DNA of 60,645 bases, taken from positions 1 to 60,645 of the forward strand of contig CAMOGG010000002.1 in assembly GCA_946614095.1 (NCBI GenBank), written 5' to 3'. Below the pieces are notes generated by a model. The model had not been told where the DNA came from and did no database searches. It saw nothing but the letters and a program-made list of their open reading frames with translations. The translations under genes and the position numbers were made by a program. This DNA comes from an uncultured Bacillales bacterium (GTDB lineage Bacteria > Bacillota_I > Bacilli_A > RF39 > UBA660). This document shows, piece by piece, positions 18,765 to 26,241 of this stretch (positions are counted from its first letter, which is position 1; each line of letters starts with the position of its first letter).

Positions 18765-19574
18765 ATGGGAAATTTGACGACTGGTCTTAAGAAGTTTATG
18801 CAAAATAAAAATACAGTAACAGTAGTTGGTGTTATTGCTGCTATTATTGTTTTATATTTTGCTTATACTATGCGTATTAGTTCAGCTATTAGTCCTGTAG
18901 TTGTTCCTTATGCTAAAGAACAAATTCCTGCTGGAACATTAATTTCTGAAGCAATGATAGGTACAATGGAAGTTCCCCCTTCTATGTTAGAGGGAGATGT
19001 TATTCGTAATACAGGTGAAATTATTGATAAATATTCTTCTGCTGATACAGTTATTCCTCAAGGAAGTTTGTTTTATAAACGTTCTGTAGTTGAAAAAGAA
19101 CAGTTACCTGCTAATATTATTTTAGATTATCCAAAAGGATATGTTTTATATAATTTATCAGTTTCTACGAATACTACTTATGGTAATTCTGTTTATCCTG
19201 GAAACTATATTGATATTTGGCTTAAAGCTGTCAATAAACTTACAGATGAACAAGTTCAAGCTGGAGCAAGCGGAGCTAATCAGATTATGTATAGTAAATT
19301 AATTTCTAATGTCAAAGTTTTGGCTGTTAAGGATGCTAATGGTCAACCTGTATTCCAGAATTTGGATGAGAATAGAGTTCCTGCAATGATAGTATTTGCT
19401 TTACCTGAAGAATATTACACTTTATTACGTAAAGCAAGTTATATGAGAACTTATGATACTACTATTGAATTGGTTCCTACTAATGAAAGTCTAAAAGATG
19501 AACCTGGAAATCTTGAGATTTCTAGTGAAGACCTAAAAGAGTGGATCAATCAAAATACTTATTGGACAAATTAA
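18765..19574 (+). CDS. cpaB: CpaB/RcpC-like pilus assembly protein (TM + SAF domain)
   Basis: AAAGGAG RBS at 18751-18757. TM helix VTVVGVIAAIIVLYFAY, then the SAF-like segment VVVPYAKEQIPAGTLISEAMIG...IPQGSLFYKRSV. Confidence 0.65.
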   Translation: MGNLTTGLKKFMQNKNTVTVVGVIAAIIVLYFAYTMRISSAISPVVVPYAKEQIPAGTLISEAMIGTMEVPPSMLEGDVIRNTGEIIDKYSSADTVIPQGSLFYKRSVVEKEQLPANIILDYPKGYVLYNLSVSTNTTYGNSVYPGNYIDIWLKAVNKLTDEQVQAGASGANQIMYSKLISNVKVLAVKDANGQPVFQNLDENRVPAMIVFALPEEYYTLLRKASYMRTYDTTIELVPTNESLKDEPGNLEISSEDLKEWINQNTYWTN

Positions 19575-19592
19575 TAAAAGGATGTGAGTTGA

Positions 19593-21263
19593 ATGAATGA
19601 AAATATTTTTGATAAGTTGGATTTTGGACCTTTTCGTTCGTTACTAGATAATGATGATATAACAGATATTTCTTATGATAATAACGGTCAAATTTGGATT
19701 CGTTCTTTGACTCAAGGTTCTTTAAGGGTTGAAGTTGAAGGAGCAACTCCTGAATTTGTTGAAAAATTAGCTTTCCAATGTTCTAATGTTATGGGAACTA
19801 CGTTTAATAATGCAAAGCCTTTCTTGGATGCAGAGTCAGCAGAGCTTCGTATGAACTTTGTTCATCAAAGTATTGCTACAAATGGAATTGCTTTAGTTAT
19901 TCGTAAAACTCCTGCTAAGATTCGTTTGGAGAAAGAAAAGCTAATACAAGAAGATTATTTTACTCCGGCTATTCATGATTTTTTAATTAAATGTGTTGAA
20001 GGGCACTGTAATATTATGGTTGCTGGAGAGACTGGTTCTGGTAAAACAGAGTTTGTTAAATACTTGGCTAGTCACACAAAAACGAATGAAAAAATTATTA
20101 CGATTGAGGATACTTTGGAGTTACACTTAGATAAGATTTTCCCTCAACGTGATATTGTTGCTATGAAGACGAATAATGTAGCTAGTTATTCTGATGTTTT
20201 AGTTACATGTATGCGTCAGAATCCAAAATGGATTTTGCTTTCAGAGGTTCGTTCAGCAGAAGCTGTTTCTGCTGTTCGTAACTCTATTTCATCAGGACAT
20301 AATATTTTATCTACTATCCATGCTGATAAAGCTTCTGCTATTCCTTATCGTTTGTATTCCTTGATGGAGACTGATTTGGATGTTCGTCAATTCCTAACAA
20401 CGATTTATCGTTATATTCAATTAGGTGTTCATATTAAAGCATTTTATAGTAAAGAATATGGAAAATTCCATCGTGAATTAGATGAAGTTGCAGAGTTTTA
20501 TGTTGATGATGAAAATGTTCCTCGTTCTAGAATTATTTATCAAAAGATCTTTGGTAAGCCGATGATGTGTAAACCTAGTGCGCATTTGATTGAGTATTTG
20601 GAAAATCAAAATATTGAGGTTCAAGATATTATACGTGACTTACCTGATAATCTTCCTATTCATGAATTTCAAGAAGAATCAAAAAATAATGAAAATGATG
20701 ATTCTGTTAAAGCAGAAGAAACTGCTACTAATCCAGTTTCAGATGAAAAACAACCTTCAGCAGTGGTTACTACTCCTGAAGTTGATAATTCCTCATCTGA
20801 AGTTGTACCTTCAAATGTAGAGACTGCGGTAGTTTCAGAAAATCAGGATGTTACTAAAGAAGTTTCAAATGAGAATGTAGGTAGTGTTTCATCTACTGTT
20901 CCTGTAATTGAGACTCCTACGTTACCTGTAATAGATGCGGTTACTAATGCTGTACCTTCGATCCAAGAAAGTGTACCGGTAACTACTGCTACAGAAGATT
21001 CTATTTCTTCTAAGATTCAAACAGCTCCAGAGGTAGTTGCTCCTCCGCCAGTAGAGGGTATACCTGATGTTGGTGCTGTTGCAAATGTTGAAAATGTACA
21101 GGCTGTTGAGAGTACTCCAGTACCTACTGTTGCTGGAATTGCACCTGTTGTAAGTCCTGTTGCTACGCAACAACAAGTTGTTATTCAAGCTAATGTTCCG
21201 CCTGTTGTTCCTCCTGTTCCTGGAGTGGCACCAGTTACGGCAGTTGCTAAGCTTGGTGAATAA
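19593..21263 (+). CDS. tadA: TadA/CpaF-family secretion ATPase with long Pro/Val-rich C-terminal tail
   Basis: Walker A is AGETGSGKT, Asp box ITIEDTLEL, Walker B ILLSEVRSAEA and His box LSTIHA. The last roughly 200 aa are low-complexity P/V/A/T/E. Confidence 0.85.
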   Translation: MNENIFDKLDFGPFRSLLDNDDITDISYDNNGQIWIRSLTQGSLRVEVEGATPEFVEKLAFQCSNVMGTTFNNAKPFLDAESAELRMNFVHQSIATNGIALVIRKTPAKIRLEKEKLIQEDYFTPAIHDFLIKCVEGHCNIMVAGETGSGKTEFVKYLASHTKTNEKIITIEDTLELHLDKIFPQRDIVAMKTNNVASYSDVLVTCMRQNPKWILLSEVRSAEAVSAVRNSISSGHNILSTIHADKASAIPYRLYSLMETDLDVRQFLTTIYRYIQLGVHIKAFYSKEYGKFHRELDEVAEFYVDDENVPRSRIIYQKIFGKPMMCKPSAHLIEYLENQNIEVQDIIRDLPDNLPIHEFQEESKNNENDDSVKAEETATNPVSDEKQPSAVVTTPEVDNSSSEVVPSNVETAVVSENQDVTKEVSNENVGSVSSTVPVIETPTLPVIDAVTNAVPSIQESVPVTTATEDSISSKIQTAPEVVAPPPVEGIPDVGAVANVENVQAVESTPVPTVAGIAPVVSPVATQQQVVIQANVPPVVPPVPGVAPVTAVAKLGE

Positions 21264-21278
21264 AAAAGGGGTGATGTT

Positions 21279-22181
21279 ATGTATATTGAAGAGTTATTTA
21301 TTATTATTGTCTTTGTAGTTGCTATTTATTTATATAGAAACTATCAAGGAGAGAATGTAGGTAAATATGTATTAACACAAGTGCAAGGTGTCTATGATCG
21401 TTTTGCTCCATATTCCTTTAAAGTTGTTCGTGAAAAAACGAAACAATTAGGAGAGGAGTATACACCAAGACAATATGCTATTCAAGTTTCGTTATTTGCC
21501 TCTTTTGCAGCAGTAGTTACTTATTTATATTTTTATAATTTAATTATTAGTATTATTTATGCTTTAATTGCTGTATCGTTTGTACCATATTTAACCTATT
21601 TAAGGTGTAAAAAGACTTATTCGGAGTTCTTATTTGAACAAGTGCAAGTTTATACTTCTAATACGATTATGGAATTTGCTACGACACAATCGTTTGTTAA
21701 AGCTTTGGAGGGTGTAGCGAACTCTGGTATTTTAGAGGACCCTGTACTTAGTGATGTTAGACAAATGATTACAATGTCTTATGATAATGGTACCATTGAC
21801 GAGGCTTTAGAGTATATGAGTAAGTTATATCCATATTATATTGTAAAAAACATGCATCAATTGTTTTTACAAATTACTAAAGAAGGTGCTCAAAACTCTG
21901 CTGATTCTCTTGAAAACATGCAACTAGATATTGATATGCTTGTTGAGAGTGTTTATCGAGATCGTATTGAGCGTGCTACTTTCCATAAATCTTTTTTACA
22001 GTTTGGTATTATGCTTTATTTACTAGTTATGTTAGTTCAGTATTTGCTTGGTAGAGAAACTTATTTGGTTTTGCTCGAAAGATGGTATATTCAGTTTTTG
22101 ATGCATGGTGTCTTAATTGTTAATACTTATTTCCTTTTAAAAGGAGAAAAATACTATAATGAGAATGTAGGTGCTGAATAA
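21279..22181 (+). CDS. tadB: TadB-like platform protein (T2SS-F domain)
   Basis: N-terminal TM helix, a cytoplasmic helical domain and C-terminal TM helices. Sits directly after the ATPase, and its stop overlaps the next gene (ATGA-type junction at 22181). Confidence 0.65.
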   Translation: MYIEELFIIIVFVVAIYLYRNYQGENVGKYVLTQVQGVYDRFAPYSFKVVREKTKQLGEEYTPRQYAIQVSLFASFAAVVTYLYFYNLIISIIYALIAVSFVPYLTYLRCKKTYSEFLFEQVQVYTSNTIMEFATTQSFVKALEGVANSGILEDPVLSDVRQMITMSYDNGTIDEALEYMSKLYPYYIVKNMHQLFLQITKEGAQNSADSLENMQLDIDMLVESVYRDRIERATFHKSFLQFGIMLYLLVMLVQYLLGRETYLVLLERWYIQFLMHGVLIVNTYFLLKGEKYYNENVGAE

Positions 22182-22984
22182 TGGAGATACTTATTGTAGG
22201 AGCAATTATTATCTTTGTATTAATCTATAATAATACGATTGATAAAGATAAATTTTTTGCTGATAATCAAAAATATTTGGAAGCGTTAAAAGAAGATGAT
22301 TATCAATTCTTGGTTTATGCTCGTTATGGTGAAGACGTAGATGTTGACCAATTATTTTCTCAAAGAATTACATATGCTTTTGTTGCTTTTCTGGTTGTTC
22401 TTGTCTTAACTATTTCTGGCAATAATAGTGCTGAAATATTTAATTCTCAATTCTTTTTAAATATGGTTTTAGCTGCTGTCATAGCAGTGGTTATGTTTAA
22501 GGTTCCATATACTCAGTTAAAAAGTTATTATAAACAGCATCTACATGAGATAGACGTTATGTTACCTTATTATTTAAAGAGTTTGGAGATTTTAATTCAG
22601 CATTATACGGTTCCAGTAGCAATTGGTAAATCGATTGAAGATGCACCTGAAATCTTCAAGCCTGGACTTCGTAGAATGATTGATCGAATTAATTCTGGTG
22701 ATGCTACTGTTGATCCTTATATGGAATTTGCGAATACTTATCCGGTTCGGGATTCGATGAGAATGATGCGTTTGTTGTATCGTTTGGGAATTGGATCACA
22801 AGAGCGTAAACAAGAGCGATTGATGATGTTTTCAAAAACTGTTTCTTCTCTTCAAAATAAAGCAAGAGAGACAAAATATAAGGAACGTTTAAATCATATG
22901 GAAAGTCAAACAATGGTTATGTTAGTTGTTACTGGTATTGGTGTTATGCTTGTTATTTTGATTTCTATGATGATGATGTTCTAG
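22181..22984 (+). CDS. tadC: TadC-like platform protein (T2SS-F domain)
   Basis: Same architecture as TadB: LPYYLKSLEILIQHYTVPVAIGKSIEDAP...RMIDRINSGD, then a terminal TM helix VMLVVTGIGVMLVILISMM. Confidence 0.65.
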   Translation: MEILIVGAIIIFVLIYNNTIDKDKFFADNQKYLEALKEDDYQFLVYARYGEDVDVDQLFSQRITYAFVAFLVVLVLTISGNNSAEIFNSQFFLNMVLAAVIAVVMFKVPYTQLKSYYKQHLHEIDVMLPYYLKSLEILIQHYTVPVAIGKSIEDAPEIFKPGLRRMIDRINSGDATVDPYMEFANTYPVRDSMRMMRLLYRLGIGSQERKQERLMMFSKTVSSLQNKARETKYKERLNHMESQTMVMLVVTGIGVMLVILISMMMMF

Positions 22985-22991
22985 AAAATGA

Positions 22992-23020
22992 TTGATATTT
23001 TGTAATGTATTTGGTATAAT
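22992..23020 (+). promoter_or_regulatory. Near-consensus SigA promoter for the pilin gene
   Basis: TTGATA (22992-22997), 17-nt spacer, then TGgTATAAT (TATAAT at 23015-23020). Confidence 0.7.
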
Positions 23021-23055
23021 AATTTTGTATATATTAGAAAGGATGGGATGAATGA

Positions 23056-23217
23056 ATGAAAGCTGCTACAGGTGAATTAAACTTAACTGTTATTACTTTA
23101 ATTGCTATTGCTGCAGTTGTTGGTTTCTTTTTGTCAGTTATGTGGCCAAAGATTCAAGAAAGTATCAATACTCAATGGGATGATATTTCAACTCAAGATG
23201 GAAGACCTGGAAATTAA
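23056..23217 (+). CDS. 53-aa Flp/Tad-type major pilin candidate (absent from the ORF track, <60 aa)
   Basis: My translation is MKAATGELNLTVITLIAIAAVVGFFLSVMWPKIQESINTQWDDISTQDGRPGN. It has a short polar leader ending in Gly, a 22-aa hydrophobic helix and a short tail. GAAAGGATGGG RBS and its own strong promoter. Confidence 0.7.
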   Translation: MKAATGELNLTVITLIAIAAVVGFFLSVMWPKIQESINTQWDDISTQDGRPGN

Positions 23218-23268
23218 TAATTTTATTTTGAATTAAAAATTATTTTATAAAAGGTGGGAGGATTTGCT

Positions 23269-23721
23269 ATGCAAGATGCTTTAGGTGGTACTTTTAATCT
23301 TGTTTTAATTGCTGTTTTTTTAGTTATTATATCAGGAGTTTTAGGCTTTACAGTTAACTATACGAAAGCTTTTAAAATGAAAAACATTGTTATTTCTGCA
23401 ATGGAAGAATACGAAGCTGCTAGATGTGTTGGAGAGGGTAGTGAAGGTTCTGCTTGTAGAGAGAAGATTAAAGAAGAAGCAAGACGCATAGGGTATTCTC
23501 CTTCTGCTTTGTCGTGTTCTGATCAATATACTGCATATGATGGATTATTTTGTGCTACTGAGAATAAAATTAAATCTTCTAAAGATAGTAGTCGGTACGT
23601 TTCTTATCGTATTATTACACAAGTCGATGCTGATTTTCCGATTATACGCAACATTATGAGTTTTAGTTTTTTTCAAGTTTCTGGTGACACAAGAGTTATA
23701 CAAAAACCAAGTACAAGGTAA
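23269..23721 (+). CDS. Pseudopilin-like protein 1 (TadE/TadF analogue?)
   Basis: Starts MQDALGGTFNLVLIAVFLVIISGVLGF. Shares NYTKAF(K/R)MKN with the next gene. 4 Cys. GGTGGGAGG RBS; ATG 23269 preferred over GTG 23254. Confidence 0.65.
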   Translation: MQDALGGTFNLVLIAVFLVIISGVLGFTVNYTKAFKMKNIVISAMEEYEAARCVGEGSEGSACREKIKEEARRIGYSPSALSCSDQYTAYDGLFCATENKIKSSKDSSRYVSYRIITQVDADFPIIRNIMSFSFFQVSGDTRVIQKPSTR

Positions 23722-23731
23722 GGTGATTTAG

Positions 23732-24217
23732 ATGCGTGATGCGTTAGGTGGAACAGTAAATTTAGTTATTGTTATAGTTTTTATCGTTATTGTTTTTGGC
23801 TATCTTGCATTTAATGTAAACTATACGAAGGCTTTTCGTATGAAAAATAAAATTATTTCAACTTATGAAGATTATAATGGTGACTGTGATTCTGATTGTC
23901 AGAAAATTATCCAAGATTATGCAAAACAAGTTGGGTATCGTCCTGATATTCCAAGTTGTCCAGAAGGTATGCATGAAGCTAATAATGTTATTTTATCAGA
24001 AGGTTATAGTGGAAAATATTGTTTTAAGGAAATTAGTGTTAATTCTAGTGCTTCCACTAGTGGTAATGACTATATTCCGATGGATTCTTCAAGTAGAAAA
24101 TATTATCGAATAGCGACTAAAATTACTGTCGATATTCCTATTATTAAAAATGTTATTGGTGACTTACGCGTATTTTGGGTTTATGGTGATACAAAGGTAT
24201 TTAAAAAAGAAAACTAA
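23732..24217 (+). CDS. Pseudopilin-like protein 2
   Basis: Starts MRDALGGTVNLVIVIVFIVIVFGYLAF. Paralog of 23269-23721, including the shared C-terminal GDT(R/K)V. 4 Cys. Confidence 0.65.
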   Translation: MRDALGGTVNLVIVIVFIVIVFGYLAFNVNYTKAFRMKNKIISTYEDYNGDCDSDCQKIIQDYAKQVGYRPDIPSCPEGMHEANNVILSEGYSGKYCFKEISVNSSASTSGNDYIPMDSSSRKYYRIATKITVDIPIIKNVIGDLRVFWVYGDTKVFKKEN

Positions 24218-24237
24218 TAGAAAGGTGTTGAGATTCC

Positions 24238-25254
24238 GTGAATGTTATTGTTTCTAATGATCAACAGAATCAATTATCTAATTTAGATGTTGACATTATT
24301 AAAAGTTTAACTGGTGTTTATGATGCTTCTGAAATTGTTGAAATGTTCAAGAGCTTTTTTTATAGTAAAATGATATTGGATGTTTCTGCCCTTAAGAATT
24401 ATTCTGATTTAAAAACATATGAATTATTAGTATCAGGATTAGATGCTGATAAAATTATTTTTTTGTTGCCAGAAGGAAGTCAGTTATGTACACCTAATTT
24501 TTTATCTCAGTTAATTTCTATTGGAATTTATAATTTTACAACGAATTTAAATGGAGTTAAATATTTGTTGAAAAAACCTAATACTTTACAGGATGTGGAA
24601 CACATTCGTAAAATGGCTAATGTACAAAATTCTAATGAGACAGGTGCTGCTGTTGCGACGGTTGTTTCTACATCTAAAGTTCAAAATGGTTCGACAATTA
24701 TAGGAGTTAAAAATGTTACTGAACATGCCGGAGCAACTACCTTTATTTATTTATTAAAAAAAGAATTAGCTTTTACTTATGGTGCAGATAATGTTATAGC
24801 TATTGAAATTGATAAAAATGATTTTCAATTATTTCGCGATAAAAATATGGTTTCTGTTAAACAAGCTGAAATTAAGAATGCAATTCAAAAATATTCTTCT
24901 GCTACTTTTATTTTAGTAGATTTAAATACTTGTACAGATGATAGTTTTTGTGGGGATACTTTATTTTTAATGGAACCAAGTACTATTAAATTGAATCGTT
25001 TAGTTACTAGAAATAAATATGTTTTTAGTAAGCTTGTAAATAAAAAAGTTATTTTAAATCAAAGTTTATTAATGAATAATGATGTTTTTGATTTTGAAAG
25101 AGAAGCTGGTATTAAAGTATTTTATAATATGCCTCCATTGGATGAAAGAAAGAGAAATGGTGTTGTAAATGATTTCTTATCTAAGTTAGGTTTATTAAAT
25201 GAACAAGTAAGAAATACTGGTTCTGGTAAAATATTTGGATTATTTCGACGTTAA
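24238..25254 (+). CDS. tadZ: TadZ/CpaE-like protein (pseudo-receiver + ParA/MinD-like domain with degenerate P-loop)
   Basis: TIIGVKNVTEHAGATTFIYLL occupies the position of the deviant Walker A, and FILVDLN resembles a Walker B. Its position at the end of the tad module fits. GTG start. Confidence 0.45.
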   Translation: MNVIVSNDQQNQLSNLDVDIIKSLTGVYDASEIVEMFKSFFYSKMILDVSALKNYSDLKTYELLVSGLDADKIIFLLPEGSQLCTPNFLSQLISIGIYNFTTNLNGVKYLLKKPNTLQDVEHIRKMANVQNSNETGAAVATVVSTSKVQNGSTIIGVKNVTEHAGATTFIYLLKKELAFTYGADNVIAIEIDKNDFQLFRDKNMVSVKQAEIKNAIQKYSSATFILVDLNTCTDDSFCGDTLFLMEPSTIKLNRLVTRNKYVFSKLVNKKVILNQSLLMNNDVFDFEREAGIKVFYNMPPLDERKRNGVVNDFLSKLGLLNEQVRNTGSGKIFGLFRR

Positions 25255-25258
25255 TGAA

Positions 25259-25288
25259 TTGACAAATAATAATAATTAATATTATAAT
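25259..25288 (+). promoter_or_regulatory. Consensus SigA promoter at the head of the T4SS module
   Basis: TTGACA (25259-25264), 18-nt spacer, TATAAT (25283-25288). Confidence 0.7.
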
Positions 25289-25313
25289 GTATTTATGAAA
25301 GAGAGGTTGTATT

Positions 25314-25619
25314 ATGGATGAATGTGGAGGATTAAAACCAATTGTTAGACTTGTTAAAAGAGGACTTTTCCCAATTGTGCAATTAGGAATTCCTATTTTA
25401 TTAATTGTGTTTGGTACTATAGATTTAGGTAAGGCCGTTATTGCGAGTGACGAAAAGGAAGTTAAATCTGCGCAAAGTCGTTTGATTAAGAGATTTATTT
25501 ATGCTGCTCTTGTTTTCTTTGTTGTTGCTATGGTTAATGCACTTATGGGTATTGTTGCTACAGGACAAGCAGAAGATGCAAATACTGGTAGTTGGGCTGT
25601 ATGTTGGAAAAATGTTTAA
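25314..25619 (+). CDS. Small two-TM protein, VirB2/TrbC- or Maff2-like (candidate T4SS subunit)
   Basis: 101 aa. TM1 is FPIVQLGIPILLIVFGTIDLGKAV, followed by a charged loop and TM2 FIYAALVFFVVAMVNALMGIV. GAGAGG RBS. Confidence 0.5.
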   Translation: MDECGGLKPIVRLVKRGLFPIVQLGIPILLIVFGTIDLGKAVIASDEKEVKSAQSRLIKRFIYAALVFFVVAMVNALMGIVATGQAEDANTGSWAVCWKNV

Positions 25620-25631
25620 TAGAAAAATTAA

Positions 25632-25660
25632 AATAGTAATTTCATTGCTATTTTTTTTTT
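25632..25660 (+). terminator. Intrinsic terminator/attenuator after the first VirB2-like gene
   Basis: Stem aatagtaa/ttgctatt (one G-U pair), 5-nt loop, then a T-run at 25653-25660. Confidence 0.55.
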
Positions 25661-25704
25661 GTTCTGTTATACTTATTATGATAAAATATAATTGGAGTGG
25701 TTTT

Positions 25705-26217
25705 ATGAAAAAAGTGTTTATTATTTTATTATTATTGATTGGTATTTTTATTTATTTTACTCCAGTGGATAGTTATGCTATAAATATTCATTCTTTTGAA
25801 GATTATTTTTCAAATTCTTTTTCCATTTTGGATGAAAAAAAAGATAATGAAAAGACGAAAGAAAATAGTGGAATTGGATCTGTTGAAGATGCTGGAATAG
25901 ATATGGATCAATATAATCAAGATCAAAGCTGTGAGACTCTTTTAGGAGATCCAAATAAAGAAGACTCTGTTGCTTGGTTGTTACAAAAAGTTTTAGATAT
26001 TGTTAAAATTGTAGGGCCTTTATTGGTTGTTGTATTGAGTAGTGTTGATTTTGCTAAAGTAATTGTTAATAGTGATGATGATGCTATGGCAAAAGCAGCT
26101 AAAAAATTAGCTATTCGTTTAGTTTTAGCAGCTGCCTTATTTTTTATTCCTGTCTTGACAACTGCATTACTAGATGTTTTTGGAATCATGGGAGAACCTA
26201 CTTGTAATATACAATAA
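25705..26217 (+). CDS. Secreted paralog with C-terminal VirB2/Maff2-like two-TM module
   Basis: Signal peptide MKKVFIILLLLIGIFIYFTPVDSYA. The C-terminal half (IVKIVGPLLVVVLSSVDFAKVIV...AIRLVLAAALFFIPVL) aligns with 25314-25619. GGAGTGG RBS before ATG 25705. Confidence 0.55.
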   Translation: MKKVFIILLLLIGIFIYFTPVDSYAINIHSFEDYFSNSFSILDEKKDNEKTKENSGIGSVEDAGIDMDQYNQDQSCETLLGDPNKEDSVAWLLQKVLDIVKIVGPLLVVVLSSVDFAKVIVNSDDDAMAKAAKKLAIRLVLAAALFFIPVLTTALLDVFGIMGEPTCNIQ

Positions 26218-26241
26218 TTATTAATAGTTTAGAGGTGATAG

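Noticed and set aside
23216-23244. Hairpin after the pilin gene as a true terminator.
   Set aside because: The 9-bp stem is entirely A-T with an 11-nt loop and no clean T-run. At best it is a weak attenuator, so it is mentioned but not called as a feature.
25501-25704. The N-terminal 68 codons of track ORF 25501-26217, which overlap the 25314 gene.
   Set aside because: This segment overlaps the upstream CDS by 119 nt and runs through a terminator-like hairpin. A GGAGTGG RBS + ATG at 25705 gives a clean signal peptide.
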